A DNA stretch of 64,000 nucleotides, from assembly GCF_036321535.1 (NCBI RefSeq), contig NC_087436.1, forward strand, positions 25,360,001 to 25,424,000, in the 5' to 3' direction. The position numbers were made by a program, and so were the translations under genes. The notes below the pieces were generated by a model. The model did no database searches and had not been told where the DNA came from. It saw only the letters and a program-made list of their open reading frames with translations. The stretch is from Camelus dromedarius (lineage: Eukaryota). The number at the start of each line of letters is the position of its first letter. Positions within the stretch are counted from its first letter, which is position 1. Shown in pieces: positions 13,140-26,900 of the stretch.

Positions 13140-13325
13140 AGTACAGCAGAGACTAAGTCTCAAAATTCTTACTGTAGTCTTAGTTCTTGTGCTTACAAGC
13201 TGTGCAACCTTTAAAGAGCGCAATAATCACACCCAATTTTCCTTCATCAGAAGCTTGTTGTAGGATTATATATAATAATGAATATAAAATCTCAAGTGAA
13301 CTGTGAAATGCTACAAATAGAAGCA
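13140..13325 (+). mobile_element. MIR SINE, decayed
   Basis: cttacaagctgtgcaacctt...ttgttgtaggatta...ctgtgaaatgcta. Confidence 0.55.
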
Positions 13326-15394
13326 ATTATATTTTTAAGATTTTTAAAAGATGCTCAGTAGAAAATGGTACAGTACATTTAACAATTAGTTTCTACTCTT
13401 TATGGTCCCTGACGTTGGAGAGCTTATGATTTCTTAGGGGAGAAAGACAGGGTTCTATGTTTACCTTACATATAATAAGATAGTGCTATTATCCAACAAT
13501 GCTTGGTATAAATTTTTCACAGAAAGAAATAATTCAGCAAGGATTCATAAAAGAGGTAAATTAACCTTAGTTCAGCTTGCCAAGATGTACGCCCTGACCC
13601 TGGACTACATCAGCCTTGAGGAGGGGATACTTCTTAAATTTGTACCTACTTCTAATTTTCACATGATTGTTGGGTGTGTTAGGGGCATCCTAAGTGCCTT
13701 CTATAGATTAGGAATGAATTAAAATTATCAATTTTTATTTCTATTGTCCACAGTATAATGTTGCCCATAGTACATTTTGGAGATCTAACATCAGGTTTAT
13801 TACTTGAGTGAGATTAAAGAAATTGTTCTGATGATTTTTTTTTGTTCTTCTTAAGACTAACAAACATAATGTGTCCTACCTCTATACTTTGGTAAATTTA
13901 ATAAACCTATCAAATTGTAACATTTAAATTATAAACATTGTTACTTAGCTATTTAAGATTATCAAAATATGGTGACAAACAAGTATTCCTCTGTGATCTA
14001 ATAGTAACTATATTTAACTACTGATCATCTTAATGATTAATTTATTAATCTTTCAAATTTATAAAACAATGACTTCTCATTTATTATACTGTGTATCTCG
14101 AATTATACTGAATTTTTGTTACCCTTCAGTATATTTGCTACACCAGTGATTACTGCTTGAAAGCTCAATGAATATGAGCTTTGAACACTATGATGAATTA
14201 GGTAACCATTTAGTAAGAACCATATAAAATCAATAAATATGTGTGTCCTATATTAAAAATATTCTACATACTCTTATTCAAAAATCTTGCAGAAAGCAAA
14301 AAGATTGCTCCCCTTCAAATTTATTATCTGTAGGATGTTTTTTTCATTGTAAACTTGTCTACTAAAATTTCAAAATAGTACAATATTCAACAGGGACATA
14401 GCATTCAACACTTCATGTCTCTTCTTGTGCTGGTGAGAAACACACATTGCATAGTCACAATCACATTCAACTTTGTGTATATTTTTACCGAAGTAACATG
14501 CTGAACTTTAAAACAAAAATAAACATTTTAATCCACTCTGCTTTCTCTGCTTTATTATTTCATCAAAGTGACCCCTTCTCTGTGAAATCCAGATGAGACA
14601 TCATAATGGAAAATGCCATCAATAATGGAGTATCTGTCTTTTCATAGAGAAGAATAACAAGGCAGCCTAAAATTCTGAGACTGCCTCCTCTCATTTGTCT
14701 ACTAAAGGGTCTCCTCTCCTTGCTGGATAAAGTTTCTTACACACGTACTTACATTTTAGTATTAGAATAATCACAAAATGCATACTAGTAATTAGTTTAA
14801 ATATTTAAACAAGCAGTCCCACTGATATTTAATTAGTTTTAATTATTAGGATAGAACTTAATATATTCTTTTTGTTATTTTTCAAGGATTGCCAGATTTT
14901 GTTCAGAAATTAAATATTAATCATTTTCATTTGGAGGACTTGTAATAGTACTCCCTAAAGAAGATCCTACAAAATAATTTTTCTAATGAATTTCACATGC
15001 TGTAATGAACAGTTAAGATATTCTGGAGACTTGAGTTCAAGTAACACACATGCACATCATGTGTAATAAGACATGACTTTTCAAAGCCCCAAGAAAGATG
15101 ATATTATAAACCTTTTCTGGGATAAAACCTTTTTGTATGATGTAGTTCATGATCTTCTCCTGGGAGGAAATTAACTTTCCTGATAAAAAGCTTAAAAATA
15201 TATAATGAATTACAGTGGGACTAAAACTTGTTTTTAGGAAACTACTCACTCACCTAATTGATTCTCAGTTGACTATGAAACAGACTGTCTTTAAAAATGC
15301 ATTCATTTCTTTTTGTATGTAGTTTAACAGTGACTATTGAATAATTCTTTCCCTATAAAACACCAAAAGTGAATCTTTGAATTCATCTTAGTAT

Positions 15395-17095
15395 TTTTTG
15401 TTTGTTTGTTTGTTTTAATTTTTAGAGCAGCTTTAGGGTCATAACAAAATGTAGAGGGAGGTAGGGAGATTTCCCATATGTTCCCTGTCCCCACACATGC
15501 ATAGCCTTCCCCATTATCAGTAACCAACACCAGACTATTACATTTGGTGCACTCAGTGAACCTGCACTGACACATCATCACCCACAGCTCACAGCTTACA
15601 TTAGGATTCTTGGTGCTGTACATTTGGGTTTGGACAAATGTATCATGACATGTATCCACCATTAAAATAACATGCAGAGTATCTTCACTGTCTTAAAAAC
15701 TCCTATGATTTTCCTAGTCATCCTCCCCCCACCCCCAACCCCTGGCTACCATTGATCTTTTTACTGTCTCTACAGTTTTGCTTTTTCCAGAATGTCAGAT
15801 AGTTAGAACCATACATTACTATGTAGCCCTTTCAGATTCACTTCTTCCACTTATAATATGCATTTAAGTTTCCTCTGTCTTGATAGAGGAAGTTTCATGG
15901 CTTGATAGCTCATTTCTCTTATGGAATGGAATAATATTCTATCGTCTGGATATACAATAGATTATTATCCATTCACCTATTGTAGGTCATCCTGGTTGCT
16001 TCCAAGTTTTGGCATTTATGAATAAAATGACTATAAACATCCGTGTACAGATTTTTGTGGGGGGCATAGTTTTAAACTTCTTTAGGTAAATAGATTGCTG
16101 GGTCCTAAGATGAGGGTGTGATTAGTTTTGTAAGGAATGGCTAAACTGTCCTCTACAATAGCTATACTATTTTATATTTCCACAATTAATGAATGAGAGT
16201 TCCTATAGTTCCACATCTTCACCAGCATTTGGTGGTGTCAGTGTTCCAGGTGTTGACCATTGTGATAGGTGTGTAGTGGCATCTCACTGTTGTTGTAATT
16301 TGCATTTCCCTGATGATATATGATGTTGAGCATCTTTTAATATGCTTATTTGCCATCTGTATATCTTCTTTGTGGTGTTTCTGTTTAGGTCTTTGACTTT
16401 TTTTAACTTGGGTTGGTTATTTTCTTATTGTTGAGTTTTAAGAGTTCTTTGTGTATTACGGATAATAGTTCTTTATGAGATGTGTCTTTTGCAAAGATTT
16501 TCTTTCAGTATAAGGCTTGTTTTCTTCTTTCTTGATATTATCTTTTACAGAGCAGAAGTTTATAATATTAATGAAATCCAGTTGATCAGTTTTTTCTTTC
16601 TAGACTGTGCCCTTGGTTTTATATCTAAAAAATCATCACCATGCTTAAGGTCATCTAGGTTTTCTCCTATGTTATCTTCTAGGCACTTTATAATTTTACA
16701 TTTTACTTTTAGGTCTATGATCCATTTTGAGTTAAGTTTTGTGAAGAGTGTTAGATCTGTGTCTAGGTTCTTTTTTTTTTTTTTTTTAATGTGAATGTCC
16801 AGTTGTTACAGCACTAATTGTTGAAGAGATTATCTTTGCCCCATTGTATTGCCTTAGCTCTTTTGTCAAGGAGTGGTTGACTGTATGCGTGAGTGGCCAT
16901 TTCTGGACTCTCTATTCTGTTCCATTGATCTATAATTGAATTGTAGCCTTATAATAAGTCATGACATCAGGTAGCGTCAGTCTTCCAACTTTGATCTTCT
17001 CCTTCAATACTGTGTTGAATAGTCTAAGTCTTTTGCCTCTCCATAGAAACCTTAGAATCAGTTAGTTGATACCCACAAAATAACTTCCTGAATTT
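15395..17095 (-). mobile_element. L1MC1-like LINE, 3' 1.7 kb
   Basis: L1MC1-type 3'UTR (tttttagagcagctttaggg...gagatttcccatat...) continuing into decayed ORF2 C-terminus. Confidence 0.88.
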
Positions 17096-20000
17096 GCTAG
17101 TGGATTTTAGCATTAAATTATACTGAAAAAAATACCTAAATGGGCCAAGCAAATGGGGGAAAAGATCAATTATTCTAGTAACTCATAATTCAAAGTTATT
17201 AAAACATAAATTATTGTTGAACTCTTCAAATCGAATGCACCTGGCTAAAGCATGAATTGGTAACTTGCATTGGCTCAGAAACTGAGGCAGAGATTCCTAA
17301 TGAGTTTATCAGGTGTGCATAACCAGATATTTGTCCCATGTTTGCTTTTAGTAGTATCTTTATTAAGTAATTTGGAATGATAGGAAGAAGATTAAAAGAA
17401 GTCTAGAGGGAAGAATTTTAAAATGTTTATACTGTACTTGAAATACATAGAAAAAGAGAAATATGACATATGTGAAAGATTAACCCACCACGGAAAAGAT
17501 TTTGCCTACTAATTATGAGGGGTATCTTTTAGTATGAGATGTTAAAATATTGACATATTGTTGATGTTTGACTTCCTCGGTATATAGCATTTTAATTAAC
17601 AAGAAAAGGAATGCAATAGCAAAATGAAAAACATATTAAAAGGGAGGCATAAGATGGTATTTTTGCATATGTATTAAGTTTTGGGTAGAGTTTGTATGCA
17701 GAAAAGATCTCATGGGTTTATCATTTATATATTTAATATACAGATACATAAAGCTACAGTTCCAAACCTAATTCTTTTTTATGCTTTTAAGTTCAGCATG
17801 GAAATATTACTATATTTTATAAAACTCAGATTTTAGTAATTATTTTCATTTCAACATTGAGTCATGTCTGGTCTCATTTAAAATTATATTTAAACATTTT
17901 CCAATATTTTAAACTTCATAAGTTTAATATTCAGTTTAAGTAGTTCAGTTTTTAAATACCTTTCTGCATATTTAAGGAATACTTAGAAATGTACTAAATT
18001 AAACTTAAATAGAATGAAGCTTAAAGTCTCCTTGAAGTTTGAAAATTGACTATAAATATCTTTATTTATAATCACAAATCCAAGCTCGTTACTTTACTAC
18101 ATATTAGAACTTAAAGTTACAGGATTCTAATTCTTGTCAGAAAAATGTCAAATGTTTGGAAAAGACATGAGAAATTACTGGCTATGGAGTTCTGGGCCAT
18201 GTCAACTAGACTTTCTAGACACTATAAGGTTCCATAGTGGGGGTGCACTTTTGATTAACTGATTTACAACTTGATAGAGATAGAAGTTACATTGTAGAAA
18301 CTGATAACAATTCATGTTTGTTGACCATTGAAACACAAATCACTCCTGCAGATGATAATACAATTGAGTTTTTGTCTGATAGAGAATAGAAAGGTCAGCA
18401 AGGCGAATTCTTATTTGAACCAGTTTTAACATCTTGTGGGTTCCATCAGCAATTAGTAAGTTAAATACAATCTTTGACAGTGTTCATTTTGTATTTGTAT
18501 GATAGGATTTTACTCTGTTGAAAATTCCTCTTTGCCACTCCAATAGGCCACATTATCTAAAATATATTCAAATATGTAAAATAATTATTTTAAAGGAACA
18601 GGTTCCTTCATAACACAAAGCTATAAATACTAGGGTTTTATTTTAAACTTTACTGTAACTGGTTTCCTCTCCAGAGTTAAAAGGTGTGTACACACTAAAA
18701 AGGACACAGAGGAATCCAGATAAATCATGTCAACAGAAATTTTGGCCTAAGGCTGGAAGTATCTGTAGTTGCTTCTCAACTCCCTAGCTATCACACTGAG
18801 CTCCTTTTTAGAACTGTAATATCCTGGGCTAAAAAAATCATAACCTACTAACATCACCTAATTGGCATTTTCTCCTCAGTCTGCAGCTCTTACCAAGTTA
18901 TTCACATGATGGAATTATTTATTGTGTTTTCTCTTAAAACAGTATCAGTGTCTTCTCTTTGAGTCTAAAAACCTTAGAACTTAATGAAATCCTGAACTCT
19001 TGCATATTTTCAGTATCAACTTCGGAGGCTATTTAAGATATTATGTAACTGATTTATAGATACTTCACATTATTTTATCTTTGTTAGGTTATTCTGTGAC
19101 AGGTTAAACTCTTCATAAACATCCACATGCATTTTTAACAAATATTTGATAAAAAAATAATTTTAGGAGAGATGGTTCAACCTTACAGTCTAGTTGAGAG
19201 TCTTTAAAAGGAAAGGACATAAACATGTTCATGTTTTATAAAGGTTTTTTGGAATAAAAATTGGAGCTTTTATTGCAATTATATATTATAGAAATGCTGC
19301 TTTATTCAAACTTTCAATCAGGAAAACATTTTCACGCTGAATTAAGTAAATTTCAGAAGATCTGTTTTTCTACTGTTACTAGCCAAATCATATGAATAAA
19401 ATCACAGATAGATTACATTAAAAGTTGAAAGTCCATTTGATATATTTAAGATATTTAAAATACTTAGATCCTACGAACTCAGAAGATTTTCATGAGTATT
19501 TACAAAAATCAGTAGTTGACCTTGACTAGTGACTTGAACTCTTATTTTAAGCCCAGAAATGGACACTTTTATTCAGCATGGGTTTGGAAATCATAAGGTC
19601 CTTTGCTTTGGGGAACTTCAAGGCAATTGCACTAGTTTGAAAAAATAATGAGCTCTCTATAAGGCTGACTATGGAAACTTATCTGTCATTCTGACATGTT
19701 AGAAGAAATCTGCTGGAAATGTTTGTGGCAAGAACATGAAATGGACTTGTTGAGATATAAGATATCCAAAAGGAGATACATTTAAAGACATCCCATTAAT
19801 CAAACTGACAATGGAAAAGCCCAAACAGAGAAAAAAATATTACAGATGTCTTACTAAACCATGGCTCATTAGTTTTTCCTTTTCCCTCCCTTTCCTTTGC
19901 TACATTTTCCATTAGAATGTTTCTGAATATAGTCAGTTTCACATGGATGATTTAAAGCTTGGCAGTTCCATTACATAGCAATTTATTTTAGAAATGTAAA

Positions 20001-20954
20001 TATTTTTTTAAAATTTAATCTTACTCTCAAGATTCAAATTTCTTTTTTCTAATCTAGGATGAAAAATAGCATATAATGAAATGTTAGATGGGAGATCTGT
20101 AACGTTTCCACGCACAAGTGGAATCCAAAGTGTTAATAAGCCACGTGCTTTGCAAAGAGTGTCATAGTCAATGTTAGTCAAAGTGCTGACTCTAACATTA
20201 GCAATAACTAAAGTCTAAACATGATGTAAGTTTTAAAAGACATTTAAAAAACTTATCTTTTAAATGTTTTATTATTTTAATACATTGTAATATAGTAAAC
20301 TATATAATTAAATAAAAGATGTAATTGTATATAATATATAGTTGAACAAACATAATTCATGAAATGTGAACATAAAGAATCTTTTTTCTTCCACTGCCAC
20401 TTTAGATTTTGTGATTCCAGTTCTTCTAACTAGATGAAAAGAGTACTTTGTCTTTTTTTGTGAATATTAAGTATAAGAAAGTTCTTTGACTGCTTAGATT
20501 CACAGAAAACAGATTCGGTTGAGGAGTCGATATGCCTGGTTCAGTGCAACAGTTATAGAAGTTCAAATTCCACTCGAGTCTCCACTTTTGGAGCCAAGTC
20601 AGTCTGTCACAGAGCTAGCAAGGTCAGGCTCTTCTCACTCTACTTTGTCAGTTCCAACCTTTCTACTCAGCCATGACTTCTGATCCTGGAAAAGAAAAGG
20701 AAGGAAAGGGACAGGAGCAGTTGTACCTATGAGGCACTGTTCTGGAATTATCCTTTTCTGAACCTAGTAGACTCTCATCAGGTGCTTTCATTTTTCTTTT
20801 GAAAATGTTCCCATCTGCCATCCCCCAATCTCAGTGAATTGGTCAACTGTAGTTTCCTTGAAAGAGTAAATAAATCACTGTTTCCCCTGGTTCCTTATTT
20901 GTTCTTCAGTGGCTATGCATCCATTATCAACTTCAGCTTATTTTTGCTAAGGTT

Positions 20955-20977
20955 TTGTTGTTGTTGTTGTTGTTGTT
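20955..20977. repeat. (TTG)n microsatellite
   Basis: TTG run. Confidence 0.9.
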
Positions 20978-21475
20978 TTGCTTTTACTTTTATCTGGGTG
21001 TTTGTCTTGAAGTATCCAACACGATCCCATACCAGCTCTTTCATCTAATTAGGGCCCATAGTTGGTCCAAGGAGATACTAGTTCTCTCTCCTTGCTAATG
21101 TTGAAAACGAAATCCTAAAACTATGGCTTGTGTTCTGCTCTTTTGAAGACCCTCAGCCAGCCCCTCTATCCATTTAAATTTCTAAGGAATGGCTCAGACA
21201 GTAGTTTATTGATCATCTCACAAATAACAGAGATGTTGACCAAGATTTCTACTGAATAGTTTGGAAGCCCTTTCACTGGGCTTGTGTTCAGGAGGTATAG
21301 TAAACTCTGTATTCCTCTTTGGAGTGGTGAGACTCGTAGAGAAACTCTTTTCAAATAAATCCTCTTTGAGTTCCAATTTAAGTTTCTAGGAACTTTTAGT
21401 TTAGAAGTGTGTGATTAAGTAAGAGTATATGACTGGTTTTCTTACAACTTCTTTGCAAGTCCTGCATCTTGGTCT

Positions 21476-21533
21476 CAAACCTAATTACCCCTCATCCCCC
21501 CCCCCCAAAAAAAAAACCCTAAAAAAAAAAAAA
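21476..21533 (+). mobile_element. Tail-only fragment of the camelid-type SINE
   Basis: aaacctaattacccc...(C)n(A)n matches the tail of the SINE at 47468-47600; flanks tcaaacc/tcagacc. Confidence 0.55.
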
Positions 21534-21549
21534 TCAGACCAAGATACCT

Positions 21550-23200
21550 TTAGGAGACAAAACAAATATGGATGGTCCTGAGGCTCATTTCTTCCCATTT
21601 CTGGCAATTTAACAGAGTTGGACCAATAGCAGAACAGGGAATTATAAGTTATTGAGAAAACTTCTCCACCAGGAGCCTTCCATTGCTACATAGATGTTCC
21701 TTGATCCTATTCCTTATAAATGATAGGGCATTTTGAAGATCAAGTTTTTCTCTATTGGAATATTTGTCATGGTGCATACAGTCTAACTCTATCCGGTCTA
21801 AGTATTCCTCTCTGGAAAAAAATAAAGTCTGGAGGTTAGAGTGTGCTCTGCTACTTCATTAATTATTTTTTCTTAACAAGCCCTATTTTTATACTTTTAC
21901 TAGCTGGATGGGTGTGCCATTTATGAAAGAGTTGGCAACAATGAAAGGACAAACATTATACTGTCCCTGTGCAATATATTCTTGTAAGTAGTAGTGTTCA
22001 ACTGGCTTATCTTGGAGATGAGAAACATCCCCTCCTAGGGACAGTGGCTGTAGGGAGACTATAAAAAAGTGGCAGAAATGCTGAGAAAACCACTTTTCCT
22101 GCCACTGGTAGGGGACCACAATGTTATTTCATAGCCTAGGATCAAGCTGGGTGGGCCAAGTATTCAGAAGCCCTAGAGTAAGCAGGATAACCATGGAATC
22201 CAGAAGCCAGGACCTGTGGTGGCTGCTCAGTTATCATAGTCAAGGCCTGGAATGGGGGGGTACTCAGTCACTTTTGCCCCCAGACAAGCAAGAATCTTTA
22301 CAGAGAAGTAAGTCATAAAAGTGAATCACGGATAATTGGAACTGCAGATCAGCAGTGAAAAGGAGGCTAGCTTTTGCAGTGTGGGGGGAATCTGCAAGAA
22401 TAGTCATATGTTGTGGCTGAAAACTGGGAGGTGACACAATCACAAGGGTGAGTCACCTTAGCTATTGTTGCAGACCTTTCTCATAATATGAAAGGGACAA
22501 ACAGTCTTAGTTCAAATGGATCTTAACCAGCTCATGGAAAGAAAACCAAACCCTGGAATTGTTTTCCTTGGCTATTTCTAGGGGGCAAAGGACACAAATA
22601 AACCAGTTGGTTGAACAAAAATCCAGACTTCAGAGAACTGTGTTGACAGAATAAGCTAGAGCATGTCCAAGACCTAGTGCACACAATCTGAACTCCCTAG
22701 AGGAATCCCTCCAAATTCTTAAACTTGGTGGCTACCAGAGCTAAGGTGGCTGTTGTTTTAGCTTTTTGTTTTGGGATTTGCTGGCTGTTTTTGATGTCAG
22801 GCTGTATAACTGATAATAATACCCAGGTGTATGAATGTGTGTTATTGTTGATGAGATAAATTCATTTACAACCTGCTGTAGGATTCTGTAATTGTGAACC
22901 ACATGTATAGTCAAGAAAGTCTTAAAAGCCTAGAGGTCACCAGGATTGAACAATGGAGACATTATTCCTGTGCTAAGAGGAGAACAAGAATTTAGTCTTT
23001 TTATTACAAGGCTTAAAATAGGTGGGGATGACATGCAGTGCTGTCTTTTACTTTAACAGCCCTGTCTGGCTGGTGAAAATGACTGGTTCTGTACACCACA
23101 GAGGAAGTAGTCTCCATCGTTCCTCCTGTGCCTGACATCATGGCAAATTGCAAACACTGTTGGCCCTTGACATGCTCTTTTGAATATTACTAATACTTTC
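21550..23200 (+). mobile_element. Decayed ERV-L-class internal region, 5' part (gag?/pro/start of RT)
   Basis: 23052-23078 encodes FNSPVWLVK (cf. ERV-L PFNSPIWPVQK), then VPDI and ALLNITNTF (cf. AAIDLANAF); 5' boundary uncertain. Confidence 0.6.
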
Positions 23201-23213
23201 TTTTTTAATTTCT

Positions 23214-23833
23214 CTTTTTTATTGAAGTATAGTCAGCTTACAATGTTGTGTCAGTTTCTGGTATACAGCATAATAGTTCAGTCATAAATATACATACAAA
23301 TACTCATTTTTATATTCTTTTTCACCATAAGTTACAACAAGATATTGAATATAGTTCCCTGTGCTATACAGAAGAAACTTGTTGTTTATCTATTTTATAT
23401 ATAGTAGTTGGTATCTGCAAATCTCAAACTCCCGATTTATCCTTCCCCACCCCCTTCCCTGCTGTTAATGGTAAGTGTGTTTTCTGTGTCTGTGAGCCTG
23501 TTTTGTAAATAAGTTCATGTCTTTTTAGATTCCACATATAAGTGATATGTGGTATTTTTATTTCTCTTTCTGGCTTATTTCACTTAGAATGACAATCTCC
23601 AGGTCCATCCATGTCGATGAAAATGGCATTATTTTGTTATTTTTTATGGCTGAGTAGTATCCCATTGTAGAAATATACCACTGCTTCTTTATCCAGTCAT
23701 CTGTTGGACATTTAGGTTGTTTCCATGTCTTGGCTATTGTAAATAGTGCTGCTATGAACATTGGGGTGCATGTGTCTTTTCAAATTAGAGTTCCCTCTGG
23801 ATATATGCCCAGGAGTGGGATTCCTGGATCATA
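23214..23833 (-). mobile_element. Young 5'-truncated L1 (camelid/artiodactyl type)
   Basis: MFIAALFTIAKTWKQPKCP ORF2 C-terminus; attgaagtatagtcagcttacaatg 3' end; TSD tttaatttct at 23204-23213 and 23834-23843. Confidence 0.92.
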
Positions 23834-23843
23834 TTTAATTTCT

Positions 23844-25410
23844 TTCTTTTAATTGAAGTATAGTTGATTTGTAATATTATATTAGCTTCAGGTGTACAGC
23901 ATAGTAGTTCAGTATTTTTACAGTTCTAGCTACAGCAATCAGACAAGAAAAAGAAATAAAAGTCATCAAAATTGGAAGGGAAGTAATAAAACTGTCACTA
24001 TTTGCAGATGACATGATACTTCATATATAAAACCCTGAAGTCTCCAACAAAGGCAATTAGAACTAATACATGGCTTCAGCAAAGTTACAGAATACAAGAA
24101 TATTATATGGATATCTGTTGATTTTCCATATACTAATAATGAGCTATCAGATAGAAAAAGTAAAAAAAGAAAACATTAAAAATTGCATCAAAAAGAATAA
24201 AATACCTATGAATAAACTTAACCAAGGAGGTATAAGACCTATACTCTGAAAACTATAAAACACTGATGAAAGAAATTGAAGATACGAAGAAGTGGAAAGA
24301 CCCCATGCTCTTAGATTGGAAGAATTAACATTGTTAAAACGACCATACTGCCTAAAGTGATTGAATGCAATCCCTATCAAGATATCCATGACATTTTTCA
24401 TAGAACTAGAACAAATAGTTCTAAAATTCATATGAACCCATAAAAGACACTGAATTGTAAATCAGTCTTAAGGAAAAAGGACAATGCTGGAGGTATCACT
24501 GTCCCAGACTTCAGACTATAGTACAAAGCTACCTCAAAATAGCATGATATGGGCACACCAGACACACAGATCAATGGAATAAATAGAGAGCTCAGAAATA
24601 AACCCATGTACCTATGGTCAATTAATTTATGACAAAGGAGAAAAGAATATCAGTGGAGAAAAGACAGTCTCTTCTGTAAATGCTGCTGGAAAAACTGGAC
24701 ATCTACATGTAAAACAGTGGGATTTGAACATTTTCTCACACCATACAGAAAAATAAATTCAAAATGGACTAAGGACCTAAATGTAAGATTTGAAGCCATA
24801 AAACTTCTAGAAGAGAACATTGACAGAACACTCTTTGACATAAATTGTAGAAGTTTTTTTTTTTGGTTTTTTTTTTTTTTTTTTGGCTCTGGCTCTGGCT
24901 CCTAAGGCAAAAGAAAGAAAAACAAAAATAAACAATCGGGACCACATTAAACTTAAAAGCTTTCACTCAGCAAAGGAAACTATCTACAAAATATATAAAC
25001 AGCTCATACAGCTCAATATCAAAAAAAACCCAGCCCAATCAAAAATGGGCAGGAGACTGGAATAGACATTTTTTTTCCCAAAGAAGACATACAGATGGCT
25101 AACAGGCAAATGAAAAGATGTTCAGCATAGCTAATTACTAGAAAATGCAAATTAAAACCTCAATGAAACACCACCTCACACCTGTCAGAATGGTTATCAT
25201 CAAAAAGTCTACAGGTAACAAGTGTTAGTGAGGATGTGGACAAAAGAGAACCCTTGTACACTGTTGGTAGGAATGTAAATTGGTGCAGCTGCTGTGGAAA
25301 ACAATATGGAGTTCCTCAGCCATATGATCCAGCAATTCCACTCCTGGATTTGTACCCAAAAAAACCAAAACCACTAATTCGAAAATAGACATGCACCCCA
25401 CTGCTCATAG
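23844..25410. mobile_element. Older L1 with 5' inversion (short minus-strand tail about 23844-23922; plus-strand ORF2 23923-25410)
   Basis: Plus-strand ORF2 motifs ([27 protein letters not shown]); TSD ctaatactttcttttt 23190-23205 / ctaatgctgtcttttt 25411-25426. Confidence 0.88.
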
Positions 25411-25426
25411 CTAATGCTGTCTTTTT

Positions 25427-26340
25427 AAAACACTTTTCCAAAAACACAGTCGATGTCTGTTTGCCTTCATTCAGAAAGGTATTCCATAGACTGTTACTAC
25501 TTGAAATCCCAAACTATGTTATCAATCAGTTGGACCAACTGTAGAATACTATACTGCTAGTTGAAATTTGAACATTCCATTACACTGATGAGATGCTGAT
25601 AGTCTTAGAAATACTGATAAAAATGGCTTCATTATATTGTAAGTCATCCAAGCCAGTTGACTATAAATGGGCCATGGATGGGGTCAGTATCTAAGGCTCT
25701 GCATTCCAGTGATTGCCTCAGAATCCAAGGGGACATTCCATCTCCTCCTCTTAATAATAACAACAAAAACAACAGCAACAATTCTATATCTCTAGTTACT
25801 GAATACAAAGATAGAGGCTTGATCCTTGATTGGGCTTTTACATTTTGGAAATGGTACATTCTAGACCTGGACATTTTATTAAATCCTCTCTACCAACTCA
25901 CCAAACAAATCTGAGTGAGTCCCCTACAGTAAGAAACTTTGGAACCAATCATGAGAGCTGTGATAACAAAGTCTTCTCTGGAGCCACATATTTCCTTCAA
26001 AATCTGTAAATTACAGGTGTTTTTGACCAGGTTTTTGGTGTTTGGACGCAAAAATTTCACAACTAGTTGGTGCTTTTGGTACTGATCCTCACCTGTGCTT
26101 TAGGTGTAGAGCACAGCCCTCCTCCCCTTAGCCCACCGCTGTGTGCTAAGTCTGAATCTGTTACTAGGCCCCAGTAGAGAGCTGACTTATCTGATAGGAA
26201 GTCAGGACCCTCAGGAGTTTTACCCAATATCCAACTCTCTAATGCATCCTTTCTAAATCACAACCACATAGGCTGGACAAAGTCCTAAGAAGTTTCATTG
26301 TGAGATGGAACTTGTGCCTCTGATCAAGGGACAGCCTCCA
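25427..26340 (+). mobile_element. Decayed ERV-L-class pol (RT and downstream), continuation
   Basis: FAFIQKG; HYTDEMLIV at 25578-25604 (YxDD box remnant); FTFWKWYILDLDILLNPLYQLTKQ (cf. FGFWRQHIPHLGVLLRPIYQVTRK); SFIVRWN. Confidence 0.75.
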
Positions 26341-26569
26341 TATACTTTAAACAATGCACATCAGGAGAAAATAAAATAAAAACCAATAAAAAAACAGAAA
26401 ATTGAACCAAACCTACTGAAAGTTTAATGTAGAAAATTATCTTTGCAATATATATACAATAAGTAAATATTTGATCCATGGGGATCTCCTCTATAAGACC
26501 TGCTTGCCCAACCAAAAACAATTATTTTCTTAGTGTGTAGAATTAAGTAATTGTGCAAATTTCAGTAGA

Positions 26570-26900
26570 GATCTAAAAACTATAAAAATAACCCCAAATG
26601 ACTTCTACAACTAATAGACACCATAATGAAAGTAAAAATAAATAAATAAATGAATGAGAACTAAAATTAAGCTGAGTAGACAGAGCAGAAGAGAGAATAA
26701 ATGAACTGCAAAACAGATGAGAAAGAAATATCCAAAATGTGGTGTAGATAGATATGTAGCAGGAAAATAAAGGGAAAAAACACCTTTCACCAAAGGTAGA
26801 GTAAAATGGTTGAATAGTCACACAATCTGCTTCTTAGGAGGAGGAGGGAGAATTGGGGTAGAAGTAATATTTAAGGAAATAATGGCTAAGAATTCATCAA
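26570..26900 (+). mobile_element. Ancient L1/HAL1 ORF1 fragment
   Basis: gcagaagagagaataaatgaactg...gtaatatttaaggaaataatggctaagaatt. Confidence 0.6.

Noticed and set aside
20240..20267. Inverted repeat acatttaaaa/ttttaaatgt
   Set aside because: Almost all A/T in AT-rich context; expected by chance
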